Assembly (NCBI RefSeq): GCF_006345805.1
Contig: NC_042999.1
Span: 53,072,001 to 53,136,000, forward strand
Direction: 5' to 3'
Source: Octopus sinensis
Lineage: Eukaryota
DNA: 64,000 nt
Shown: positions 41,632-55,095 of the stretch, one piece after another
Position numbering within the stretch: the stretch's first letter is position 1
How the letters are laid out: each line of letters starts with the position of its first letter
The notes under the pieces: model-generated
The model's input: the letters and a program-made list of their open reading frames with translations, nothing else
Database searches by the model: none
What the model was told of the DNA's origin: nothing
Program-made: the position numbers and the translations under genes

Positions 41632-41717
41632 CATATTACTCTATCACTGGTATTTGAGTACTCTTCCTTTTTCACCTTGTTTCATATTTATGTGTTTACT
41701 CCGGTATATATGTATAT

Positions 41718-41778
<61 letters not shown>

Positions 41779-41864
41779 TCGTTCAAACACGCACATACAT
41801 ACATACATACATACATACATACATACCGAGAAACCCAAAAAAGTACACATAATTTCCACAGTGA

Positions 41865-42950
41865 CGTAGACCGCCTCTCTCTAAAACGAAAACAAGGCGG
41901 GAGAGGCTAACATCAATCCGAAATGCCTTTGAACGTCGCATCATATCCCTTCGGATAGTGTCGAAGTGTATCCCTTGAGCAAGTTTGCATACATGAAGCT
42001 GTGAGCGTCATAAGACTTGGACAGTACTTCCTCGAGCAACATTCTTTGTCTGCTAACCTAGGATACTTGCCCAAAGAAGTCGCACGACTCTACCGCAACG
42101 TATCATCAGATGAAAGGATGAGACTATATGAGCAGAAGACTATGCATGGAGATGTTAGTAGACAGCTCGGTGATGATAGTAACAGCGATCATCAGAGAAG
42201 TCTATCATGAACCAATAGACAGATTACTGCCTCTCACTTTGAAGGGTATGCATTTGCAATCCATGAACAGGAAATATCAACAAAGTACCTGCTGCACAAA
42301 AGAGATAGAGATGCAGGAAAAGCCGTAAAATGTGACAACTGATGCAGAGTTTATGGGGTTCACACTGAAGATATCATCCACATCTTAAGCAGTTGTTCGA
42401 AAATGTCATCACTGTATTATCTACCGATGAGGCATGACGTTGTAGCTAGGACATTCTATAATGAAATCCGTCGGAAGGATAACCCCGAGTACAAAGGAAT
42501 AAGAACCCACAATATGACAGAAGCCATAGCCACTCATAATGAAAAGGAATACTAGTAGAATGTACCAGTGAAGACCTCAATAAAATGAGAGCACAACAGA
42601 CCAGATATAATGATTTGGAATTGAGGAGAGAAACTTTGCACAGCTGTGGAACTTTGGTGACCAGCAGATGTTAACACTAAGTTGAAGATTAGCAAAAAGA
42701 GAACACCTATGCTGAACTATTGCGAAATCTGCAGTTACTCTATTCAGATTACAAATTCAGGTTTATACTGATGCAGACTCCGTGGAGTTCCTCTGGGATA
42801 TGTAACACACTGCCTAAATACCACTCTTGAGTAATCACGCTTCTCAAAACCAGAAATGAGAAAGCTAATTCGAAGACTATAGATCCAATCCATCACTGGA
42901 ACTGTAAAATATCTGTAAAACTTTCAAGACGTTTTATCATTTAAATATAT
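41865..42950 (+). mobile_element. R4/Dong-like LINE 3' remnant (CCHC knuckle + restriction-like endonuclease)
   Basis: VDRLSLKRKQGGRG, EQKTMHG, FEGYAFAIHEQEISTKY, CRVYGVHTEDIIHILSSC..RHDVVA, HNRPDIMIW; several stops. Confidence 0.85.
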
Positions 42951-43265
42951 AATAGCATGTCTATATATGCAACCATATGCATGGGAATACATACATAGAA
43001 CATAAAAATCTGCACATACATACATACATACATACATACATGCATACATACAAAGAAGAATACCCTGTTGTTGCTGTTGAAATTCCAATGGAGGAGCCTT
43101 GGATCTAGGTTAGAAACCTGTTCATTCTCTATTGGCAACAAATCTTGAAATAAACTGAGTAATGACCTACATACAATCATATATAACGGTTGACGTTTTC
43201 CTGAATATTTGAAAAAACGTTTCTTTTTTCTTCGACGATTCTTTACCAAAGAGTGGGAGGGAGAG

Positions 43266-43354
<89 letters not shown>

Positions 43355-43542
43355 TGGAGAAAGACTGAAAGTTGTAATGTGTGATTAATTGAATAGGGAA
43401 GGTGTGTGTTAGAGAAACTTCATCACTTTCATGCATGGAAACTTTTTTTTCTCTCCCAACATTTTATTGATAACGTTCATACTCTTTCTCTTTCTTTCTC
43501 TCCCTATCTTTCTACCTATCTTTCTTTCTTTCTTTCTCTCTC

Positions 43543-43573
<31 letters not shown>

Positions 43574-44070
43574 TTGTCTCTTTCTCTCACTCTCGCACTA
43601 ACACACACTCATTTTCGTAATCTTTCTTGTATATGACCCACAGACACCCTATCTTTTCTCTGACTTTCTCTCTCCTCTCTCTTTCTCTTTCGTTGTAATA
43701 ACCTCCACTACAGGGATCTCGTTGACCTTGGCCCTTCCCCACCCACGCTTTCGTGATCCTCTTATTTCACCTCTTGTCACTTCAATTGTTCTCATGAACT
43801 TCAAAAACACCCTAATCGTACATCGCCTTTATTTCTGAACCTAGGTGCATATCTTACTTAAATGAAAAGGCTTCGATATAAACAATAGAGAAAAAATATC
43901 CGCGATTCTGAAAGGCTAAATAACGGTGACATTCGTCCTAACCAGGGCTACCACGTTATGTTGGCAAATAAACTTTACTCTAAAATATATTTCATTAAGT
44001 TGGAAATAGACATATTTATAAATCAGTGAATAGTTGTCACTTTGAAAACTATATATTTCGAACAATTATT

Positions 44071-44113
44071 CTGTGCTGATGAAGGGAAATAACCCGGAAA
44101 TCCCGATACACAG
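44071..44113 (+). ncRNA. Type I hammerhead ribozyme motif with canonical core
   Basis: cugug-CUGAUGA-a-ggg(aaauaa)ccc-g-GAAA-u(cccg)a-UA-cacag: perfect 5 bp stem I. One extra unpaired base on each side of stem II. Confidence 0.65.
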
Positions 44114-44940
44114 ATATTGTTTTGTGCTGAGTGGGGGTGCTAGATTCCCTTGTTGGAAAATATAAGGACACAGATCGTGTTGTATAGATATGTCTACTGG
44201 GGCTAAATTACAGCAACATTCGTCCTAAACCTGGACTGCCATGCTATGTTGATGAACAAATTTTACTCCAAAGTACTGTTGCTGAATATCTCATCTTGTG
44301 AGATTTAAAAATAGTAATTTTTTCCAAATTTTCTACTCGGAGTTTCAATTCACCAAATAAAATATGAATAGTAAAACATGAAACCGTTCCTCGGAACAGT
44401 GAGATAAGACAAACGTAGAAAAAGCAATAGATCGCTTGCGTGTGTAAAGATAAACTCAGAGAAAATGATTTAATTACAAGCTGTTTATGCAAAGAGAAAA
44501 TCAGATAACTAACATTGAAATGAATGTACCTAAAATAAATTCATCATATTAAACGCTGGAATTCCAAGTCATTACCAAAGTGATATTCTAGCAAAATCGT
44601 TATAAGAAAAATCTAACAGAAAAAGTCGAGAACTCAAATAGTTAAATGCAGAAATTACAAAAATATCACTGATATTCAAAACTTATGTATTTCTTTAATT
44701 TTATCCCCATTAAGCAAGTATACCACAGAATGGTTATGTTTTATTGATGTTCATTTCGTTATTTGCCGATTCACTGCACTAGAAATTTTTCATTTCTTAA
44801 ATTTGAATTCGTAGATCGGAGACCTGAGAACAGAGTGTCCGAACACTTCATTTTAAAGTGATGTGAGTGTGTGTGAGAGAGGGTGGCGGTAAAGGGGAGG
44901 GAGAGGAAATAGTGTGAGAGATTGTGTGTATGTATGTGTA

Positions 44941-44990
<50 letters not shown>

Positions 44991-45842
44991 TGTGTACAGA
45001 AATGAGGCAAATGAAATATGCGTATGCTCTTTACTTTGAAACATTGAGAAATTTCGAAGTAAGGCTTTTTACGAACTTGCTCAAATGTAAAATGTGATGT
45101 GCACCAATAAGACACGAGATGTGGTGTGTATATTTGTTTTATGTGTGTGAGTAAACATACACACACTAATGCATACACATACATAAACACATACACATAT
45201 ATGTGTCTACGAGTATATGTAACTGCGTGTATGTGAGTATGTACAGATGCACATTTGTGTGCGTGCGTGTGTGTATGCGTACGTGTATGTGTGTGTGTGA
45301 GTGTGTGTGTACGTGTGTATATTTGTGCGTATGAACATATACTTATGTTTTAGATTCCCTCTCTCTTGATCAATGTGATGTACATTTTTAGTCATACAAT
45401 ACGTTTCGAAAAACTTAAATGAGCTACAGGTGGTTTCTTATCTATTTTATTTCGTAAAGTAATATACCTGGCATCAATTCAACAGTGAAATATATCAAAT
45501 GTTTCAGTACTCTCCGTTTATCGATCCTGCTTAAGATTGTTTCGGCTGACACGAAACCCATAACATCTGAAAAATGTCAACATTTATATGCGTTCATTAC
45601 AACAATTATCATTTCGCAGGTTGCGAATGGATTTGAAAAGAAAACAAAGATTTCTTTCTGGACCTAAGTGTTATTATGAGCTCTACTTTCATACTTTTCA
45701 ACAATTTAAAAATGTTATAGGATTGAAAGTCTGAATTTATAAACCAAAGCAGAATAAGAAACCCTTACCTTCCAAAAAGCAGATGAGTTCTGAGTAGTTT
45801 ATGGCTATACACTCTTGACTACATAATTACACTATGTATGTA

Positions 45843-45939
<97 letters not shown>

Positions 45940-46744
45940 GTGTATTTGTTTGTGTGTCTCCACTGACACTATTTTGTGGTCAGCAGGTCAGTATAAGTAA
46001 ATAGAACAAATGATTATATATGTTAATGCCGGGAAAGAAGCAAACCATTGAGATAACTCCTTAAGCACGAAGTTAGTGCTACGGTGTCGAAATATCCCAT
46101 CAGCCATTTCGGCAAACTTCTCTCCTCTTACGTAAGCTTAGTTGTCTTGGCACATCTTGCCAGTGAGCATATTGTGCTATGGGCACATAAAGTCTAATGT
46201 GCGTAATCCTCCCTCTCCCTTAAAAGTCCTTGCTCTCGTCTATTATCTGCATCTAATGGGTAAGATAGTGTAGTTCACCACTGACAGATTTCCAGCATTG
46301 GATAAAACCGTATTCTTTTATTGGCTTGGTTATTCTGTACACCTGAAACAGTGAAATACTGCCGTTTCCATTATTCCAGGTGCACTGAAGGTATAGTAAA
46401 ACCGGAAGCAGCTGTGATCTTATTCGTTCCTCCAGACTGGCCTAAGACCCACGTTGAAGTGTTTACATTTTCCGTTATGATTTTCATTGATTACCGAAAC
46501 ACAGAAGACTTTTCGAACCGCAGACAAGAACTGTTTTATGGCAGAGGTGACACTCATTTTCGACCATAAAAGACCGCCACTTTCGTAACTTCACGTACAT
46601 ATAAGAATTAGTATTGGCGGAGGGCAGTCGTGATTTTCTGGTTCCCTGCATAAACTGTCCTCTGTAGAGGTATTCTATGGCTAAAGTCATTGCCTTTTTT
46701 TTTATCACCAATGACAAACACGAAACTTTCAGGCAATTTCTGCT

Positions 46745-46924
46745 TTCTTGTCTCTCTCTGTCACTCCCTCTCTCTTTCTCTCTCTGTCTTTCTGTTCCCC
46801 TGTCTCTGTCTGTCTATCTCTCTCTCTCTCTCTGTCTTTCTGTCTCTGTCTGTCTGTCTCTCTATCTTTCTCTCTCTCTGTTACTCCGTCTCTATCTTTC
46901 TGTCATTGTCTCTGTCTCTGTGTC

Positions 46925-46957
<33 letters not shown>

Positions 46958-47135
46958 TTCTCACTTTCTCTCTCTCTGTCTCTGTCTGTCTTTCTGTCTC
47001 TCTGTCTCTGTCTGTCTTTCTGTCTCTGTGTCTCTGTCTGTCAGTCTATCTCTCTCTTTCTCTCTCTCTCTCAATTTCTGTCTTTCTGTCTCTCTGTCTC
47101 TCTGTCTGTCTTTGTCTGTCTGTCTGCTCTCTCTC
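46745..47135. repeat. Compound (TC)n/(TCTG)n polypyrimidine-rich microsatellite
   Basis: Seen directly; it explains the spurious Leu/Ser/Cys/Val ORFs here. Confidence 0.95.
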
Positions 47136-49154
47136 CTCCTTTTTTTTTGCAGTTACTGGGTCATCTTCAAATCTGATGGCTTTGCCTTGTCTTATTTACG
47201 TCTCCTCTGGAAATATATATTTCTAAACTAAATTTGCTGGAATGGAAGTTTATAGGTTTTTTTTTTCCTTTTAGGTTTGCTAAGTTTTGTTCAGTTTGAA
47301 GAGTTCCATTCTCGTTTCATACCTTCCAGTTTGTTGACTTTCCCCTCAGATTTACTTTAATCAGTTCCGCCGTTTCTAATATAACATTGATGTGGTCATC
47401 AAATATATGCTTTACTGATCTCCATTTCCAATTAACTTTAAAACTCCTATTACCAGGTGGAGCTTCTTATCACATCGTTCTCGTATCCACCCTGCTACTT
47501 ACATAGTTCTTTTGTTTACCTTTGATGCCGTTTACGCTTATATTTCTAACCGATTGATGTTGACGATATAAACATCAGTACGACCAATCCAAAACTATAG
47601 AGAGTCGACTGTTTTTCCTCTCTTACTTTTCTCTTGGGTTTTATATTTTCCAAATTAGTGTTGATTCTCTTTGAATGCTAAGATTTCTACTTATATTCAG
47701 CAAGCGTGTAGCATCGAGTGGATATGAAAGTTGATCAACATTAATGGTGAAATAAGCTGCGTCTGTAGGGGATGTCTGGTAAGTCATTCAAATTATTTCA
47801 CGCTACTTCCCTGTCTAACAGCAATTTGCAGTTGTCATTAGCTTGGGGGAATTCCAAAACCTGGTTTGTCGGTTATGATCAATGACAGATTCTGTATAAT
47901 TCCGTTATCCTTAGGAAATGGAAAAATAAATAAATATTTCTAATTCCCGTCAATAAAAAGCAAAACATTAATGAGTCAGATTAGACTCACAGTGGGTGGG
48001 ATTGAGCAAAAACTGATCAAAGGTCATCCGATCTTAACAATTACATCTTTTCATCAACCATTCAAACAAGGACTATATCTTCTCATTAAATTACACCTCT
48101 TATTAAAAACGACTCTGTGGGTTTTTAATTAGAACGGACTTTTATTTCTGGCAGGTGAAACGATTACATAGAAATCGCATCGTTCTTTCACGATCCCACG
48201 AGTCGGTTCGCTGGCTGAAAAGTTTTTTGACTGTTTAGATTTTTTTTGTGTAATCAAAGTAATATTTCTCTATTTTATAATTCTTTTGTGACTCATTCAT
48301 TTTTCCTTTTAATATAGTCATTTGTTATCACATACATGATTCTCTAGGGAAAAGGAAGAACATGCCATATACTCATCTCCTCATCTTACACATCTAAATC
48401 TTAATGCCTGGCTAAGACAACTATTCAAATGATCCTTAAATTTTCTTCGGTAAAAACAGATAATTTGTAATGTAATCATTTAATAAATTGTCCCTGATTA
48501 CCATAGATGTGTCTACTTCACATTGTGTGTAGCTTTTCTTTACTGAACGTAACCAATTAACACGTGATAAGTACATTAACGAACATTTAGTCTTAAGTCT
48601 ACTGTCAAGACCTCCATCGAACTAAAAAACATTCGCATCCAGGAGCTCTTGGTAGCAATGTAGAACCTCTCCAGCACCGTGTGCGTCCGAGGATATCTCA
48701 TCTCATATTATCTGAATTATGAACGAAGTTTATTTTCACTCAGAAATGTTTTAATTATTTTTCCATCATCTTTCTATTGACTTATTTTCAGAACATTTAT
48801 AATTCAATCAAAGCACTTCGTCACTCAGATAGAAATATTTGCTTAAGATGTCCTCAACGACATGGTTCACTGGAGGAGAACAAACATATAAAATCATTTT
48901 CTGTGGCAAAATACAATAAAACTGAACATAGAATAAAAGCATCAGTTAATAAGACACAACATAAAACATTGAATTATCAAACAGAAACCGAGGGATAATT
49001 AGTATTTGGAAAGTTTTATGCAAATATTTCAATGAATAAGTTTTCTTGTGGCGGTAGTTACTGTGATGTTGCTAAAATTATATTAATAGCAATGCGTAAC
49101 CGTCAATGAAAATATATGAAAATATTTGTAATTTCACTCAGTATTATATTTCAT

Positions 49155-49549
49155 ATTTCTTTATTGCCCACAAGGGGCTAAACATAGGGGGGACAAACAA
49201 GGACAGACAAACGGATTAAGTCGATTACATCGATCCCAGTGCGTAACTGGTACTGAATTTATCGATCCCGAAAGGATGACAGGTAAAGTCGACCTCAGCG
49301 GAATTTGAACTCGGAACGTAACGGCAGACGAAATACTTATTTCTTTACTACCCACAAGGGGCTAAACACAGAGGGTTCAAACAAGGACAGACAAACGGAT
49401 TAAGTCGATTACATCGACCCCAGTGCTTAGCTGGTACTTAATTTATCGACCCCGAAAGGATGAAAGGCAAAGTCGACCTTGGCGGAATTTGAACTTAGAA
49501 CGTAACGGCAGACGAAATACGGCTACGCTTTTCGCCCGGCGTGTTAACG
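49155..49549 (-). mobile_element. Tandem pair of tRNA-derived Octopus SINE, slightly 5'-truncated
   Basis: Reverse complement of the 20956-21303 family; the 5' end abuts the CR1 fragment. Confidence 0.9.
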
Positions 49550-50636
<1,087 letters not shown>

Positions 50637-50646
50637 CATATACATA

Positions 50647-50785
50647 GGCGCAGGCGTGGCTGTGTGGTCAGAAACATACTTCCCAACCACATGGTCCTGG
50701 GTTCAGTTCCACTAAGTGACACTTTGGACAAGTGTCTGCTACTATAACTTTTAACCGATCAAAGCCTTGTGAGAGGATGTCCACT
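50647..50785 (+). mobile_element. Octopus-type SINE, 5' tRNA-like head
   Basis: ggcgcaggcgtggctgtgtggt..gggttcagttccact; homologous to 61639 onward. Confidence 0.8.
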
Positions 50786-50787
50786 CA

Positions 50788-50818
<31 letters not shown>

Positions 50819-51386
50819 CATGTATGTATGTATGTATGTATGTATGTATGCCTATATGTATGTATATATGCATATATATGTATAGATGCATGTATATATA
50901 TATATATATATTATTATAAAAGGCAGATTTTATCTGCCTCCCTTTGTCACTTATAGAAATCTACAATATAGGATTTCTTCAATTACAATTTACCTAGCAT
51001 TTTTAAGAGTAGAATGCATGGGGTCATGCCAGGTCCAGTTTTTAAAATTTAAACTCCAATTAAGCAAAATTTACAGAAAACTCACATTCTGGTGTGTATG
51101 TCAAATGCTTTTCTTAATGTGGTTTACACCACACGCACACGCACACACACAGTGTGCAACGAATAAAATGAAAGTAATTCACTGTGGGTGTGTTGACAGG
51201 TAGACAATAGAATGCGATGGCGATGGCGATGGCGATGTAATATTTGTTTCTGTCAATCACGCTGATAGATACATGAGTAAAATGTATGGCAAGCTAAGAG
51301 ATAAGAGTGAGTGAAAATGTTCTTGGAAGAGAGTAAATAGCGAGAGTGATTTGAGGAAGACTTTACATTAAATAACCGTAGTGGCT

Positions 51387-51432
<46 letters not shown>

Positions 51433-51434
51433 CA

Positions 51435-51803
51435 TAAGACAGTAAGGTGTGATTTGAGGGAGATTTGGCTGCTATTTCTACCATGTCTAGCTGCCATGTA
51501 GGGGTCTCCCTCATAGGCTCATACATACATATATACATAGATAAGACAGTAAGGTGTGATTTGGGGGAAATTGGCTGCTATTTCTACCAGGTCTAGCTGC
51601 CATGTAGGGGTCTCCCTCATAGGCTCATACATACATATATACATAGATAAGACAGTAGGTGTGATTTGGGGGAAATTTGGCTGCTATTTCTACCAGGTCT
51701 AGCTACCATGTAGAGGTCCCCTTCATTGGCTCATATATATATACATACATAAGACAGTAAGGTGTGATTTGAGGGAGATTTGCTGCTGTTTCTACCAGGT
51801 CTG
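51435..51803 (+). repeat. Tandem array of a 102-107 bp unit (about 3.5 copies)
   Basis: Units start at 51435, 51542, 51648 and 51750. Confidence 0.92.
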
Positions 51804-51867
51804 TAGGCCTTCTCATGTAAACTCAAGCTTTCTCATGCCTTGAACATAAGACCAAAGCAGAGAATGT

Positions 51868-52085
51868 ATTCTTTTATTCTTCTGCTTTTTCCAGCCATTG
51901 GTCTGTGGCCATGCTGGGGCAATGCCTTGAAGAATTGTAGTTTAATGAATCAACTCCAGTTTTATTTTTGTAAGCATTCTACTTATTCTATCTGTTTCCT
52001 TTGTCAAACCACTAGGTGACAGGGATGTAAACAAACCAACATTCGTTGTCAAGCAGTGGTGGAGGACAATCACAAGCACAGACAC
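51868..52085 (-). mobile_element. Decayed Octopus-type SINE, 3' portion
   Basis: gtggccatgctggggc..acttattctatc..gtaaacaaaccaacattcgttgtcaagc is the reverse complement of the SINE 3' half. Confidence 0.7.
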
Positions 52086-52150
52086 GCACACACACACACA
52101 TACATGCATACACATATACATACATATATATATATGTGAGTATATATATA

Positions 52151-52473
52151 TTGCAGCGTGGAAGGTGTTTGTAAGCCATTTAAGAAACACACAAAAACCG
52201 TTAGATTCACTTCAACATTTAAATTTAATTTGCCAAAATATTTTCCTCGCTTTGAGACCGGAACCTGTTCACTGACAAAAATATCGTGCTAACAGGTCGC
52301 GGTCTCAAAGCGACGAAAATATTTTGACAAATTAAATTTAAATGTTGAAGTGAATCTAACGGTTTTTGTGTGTTTCTTAAATGGCTTATAAACACCTTCA
52401 ACGCTGCAACTGTTTTCGTTCCAGCACACGATCTCAGATCAAGTCACTTGCTATGCAAGTACATCTCTGTAAC
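52151..52473. mobile_element. Inverted pair of the G3:C8 hammerhead repeat family (arms 52151-52269 / 52291-52409)
   Basis: 119 bp arms with a 21 bp spacer. Both ribozyme motifs are damaged (mismatched stems on the left, truncated core on the right). Confidence 0.85.
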
Positions 52474-52571
52474 TATATATATATTTATATATATATATAT
52501 AGGTATATTGGTAAAAACAGTAATATAACAAAAGAAAGAAAGAGACCTCAATATTATGTAAATAGTGGAAA

Positions 52572-52966
52572 TCTTTATATATAAAAGTGAGGTTGTGTGT
52601 CTGTCTCCTACGATTTAGATTCCTAATTACTCCCACATTTTGCGGTGCAGTTTAACCAAAACTGGGTATCTTATAGTCGTGATTCATATCGAGACCGTCT
52701 GGGTATTAGCGCGCGTCTACGATGAGTCTACGATTTAAAAAAAAATTTACCATCAATTTTTCCCATTTTTAATCCATTTTTGACATATATAAGGGAAGTA
52801 ACTCTCTAAAATTTATTATTAAATCTCAGAACGTAAAAAGCTACAGTAACACCCCTCCCCCTTTGTGGTTAGCCATATTGAGATGGCTATTATACTTTAC
52901 ATCTCTAAAAATGCTTATATAATTATTTCCCTTACAAATCCGAGCAACGCCGGGCGATACTGCTAG
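52572..52966 (+). mobile_element. Non-autonomous Helitron
   Basis: A|TCTTTATATATAAAA ... tccgagcaacgccggg hairpin + cgatactg + CTAG|T. Confidence 0.85.
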
Positions 52967-52999
52967 TATATATATAAGTGTATATATCTGTGTGTGTAC

Positions 53000-53152
53000 A
53001 ACAGATGTTGGCGTGTTGACGCTCCCGTAACTTTGAGGTTCGGCAAAAGAGACCGACAGAATAAGTACTAGGCTTACAACGAATAAGTCCTAGGGTCGAT
53101 TTGTTCGAATAAAGGCGGTGTTCCAGCATGGCCGCAGTCAATAACTGAAAAC
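53000..53152 (+). mobile_element. Octopus-type SINE, 3' portion
   Basis: Homologous to 11371-11550. Confidence 0.85.
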
Positions 53153-54460
53153 CAGCATGGTTTCCGTCCAAGTAGAAGCTGCCTGACACACCTTTTGCAG
53201 CATTACGACTGGGTGCAAAAGCAACTGCTTGACAACACAAATGTGTACGTGATATAACTCGACTTTGCAAAAGACTTTGACAAATCGATCGTGGTATGAT
53301 TTGTCGCAAGCTGCGAAATCTTGGAATAGTTGTAAAACATGGAGAATGGCTACATTACTTTCTGAAAGATAAAAGTCAGGTAGTGGTGGTCACTGGGGCC
53401 ACCTCGGAGGAAACAGAAATAATGAGTGGTGTTCCTGGGGTACCCGCTATTTATAGTGGCCCTCTCTGACATGCTTACAGTCGCTCAAGTAGCCACTCTT
53501 GCTAGCTACGTAGACGATACAAAAGTTTGTCTGAGGATACAGGAACCTGGTGGCGTTGTGCATCGCCAACGTGAATTGGACGCATTATGCAGGTGGGCTG
53601 AAGAAAATAACATGCAATTTAATGCTGGAAAATTTGAAGACCTGCGCTACCAACAAAAGAAGCTCAATGAAAAGCAAATAGGATACACTGGTCCATGAGG
53701 GATTCCAATTCCCGAACCAAAATCAGTGCGTGACCTGGGAATCGACATGAATGATGATGCATCTTTTCAGATGCACATTACCAGGTTGCCAATAAAATGC
53801 GGGCGCTCGGGTCTTTCAAACTTTCAAAATAAGTGAAAAGGAAGCCATGACCATCCTCTGGAGAACTTTCATTCTCAGCCGTCTGGATTACTGCTCCCAA
53901 CTGTGATCACAAAAAAGTATAAAATTAATGATGTAACACAAGGTGATCCAGCGACATTACACGAACAAGATAGACACACAATGCGACATATCAACTACTA
54001 AGAGAGACTGGGCCCCAGGAGCGAAGGCGGGTAAGATATTCAGAAATATACATCTAGAAAATTCTAGATTAAATTTTTCCGAACTTTGGCATTGACAGTT
54101 ACATAAACAGCAGGTCGGGGCACCACTGCAAAGTACCAAAACCCCCAACATTGCCATTAGGATAAAGAACCAGATACTGCAACAGTTTGGGTTTCAATGG
54201 CCCAGAGCTCTTCAATATCATCCCACGAAGCCTGAGACACCTGCGTGTCGTGGATGTAGTCATTTTCAAAACTAAACGAATCTCTTTCAGTCAAGAGCCC
54301 CGGATGGACTTACCGCAAGGAAAGAAACGCAGTAGAGGGTAGCAACGTCAAACTCCCTCGTGAATTCAAAGGTCCCACATCAGAGGAGGTTTAGTGAAAG
54401 TGAAGCAAAGTAAATGGCCTACTGCCCCAGCATCATGTCCGCAGTCTGTAGATTGAAATT
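53150..54460 (+). mobile_element. Decayed CR1-like LINE, RT to 3' end
   Basis: QHGFRPSRSCLTHLLQHYD, LDFAKDFDK, SGVP, ASYVDDTKV, QFNAGKFE, SVRDLGI, SRLDYCSQL; many stops and frameshifts. Confidence 0.88.
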
Positions 54461-54482
54461 TAACGTACGTTCTATATATATA

Positions 54483-54686
54483 TAATGTGACCGCGTGTGT
54501 ACGTTGGCGATTCTTTTTCCTCTGTCTTCCCTTCTCTGGATCTTTCTTTCTCCTATGTTTCCGACGAAGAGCACCGCTCGAAACGTTAAACCCTCCTTCT
54601 TTCCTTCTTTCCTGAGCGTCCAATAATACTTTATTTGTTCCACGTCCTCGCTTTGTTGTGTTTTTTGTGCTTTCTTGTTTGGATTA

Positions 54687-54689
<3 letters not shown>
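54483..54689 (+). mobile_element. Second copy of the 4494-4696 hammerhead repeat (U4C core)
   Basis: guuu-CCGACGA-a-gagc(acc)gcuc-GAAA-cg-UU-aaac at 54557-54591; perfect 4 bp stem I. Confidence 0.75.
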
Positions 54690-54728
<39 letters not shown>

Positions 54729-54915
54729 AGAAATAATATTTGTCTCTTTTTATAGAAAAATAAAAGGTTTACAGGACTGCAAAAGAAGCGCTCAAATATA
54801 GATGCGACGAAGATATATATATTTATACCTTCCGTAATTTTATGTATATGTATTATTTTTTATGTGTTTGAAAACCATGGTGATTTTTATTTATAATTAA
54901 ATGTTTGAGTATTTC

Positions 54916-55095
54916 GGTATTTCGTCTGTCGTTACATTGTGAGTTCAAATTCCGCCGAGGTCAACTTTGCCTTTCATCCTTTCGGGGTCGATAAATAAAG
55001 TACCAGTTTCGCACTGGGGTCGATATAATCGACTCAATCCCTTCGTCTGTCCTTGTTTGTCCCCTCTATGTTTAGCCCCTTCTGGGCAGTAAAGA
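54916..55095 (+). mobile_element. tRNA-derived Octopus SINE, 5'-truncated
   Basis: Homologous to 20956-21178. Confidence 0.88.

Noticed and set aside
47140-47230. Strong-looking acceptor (ttttttttgcAG) after the TC microsatellite
   Set aside because: The pyrimidine tract is the microsatellite itself; there is no good donor and all frames close quickly.
51435-51803. CRISPR-like periodic array
   Set aside because: Whole units repeat with no unique spacers, there are no cas genes, and the context is eukaryotic.
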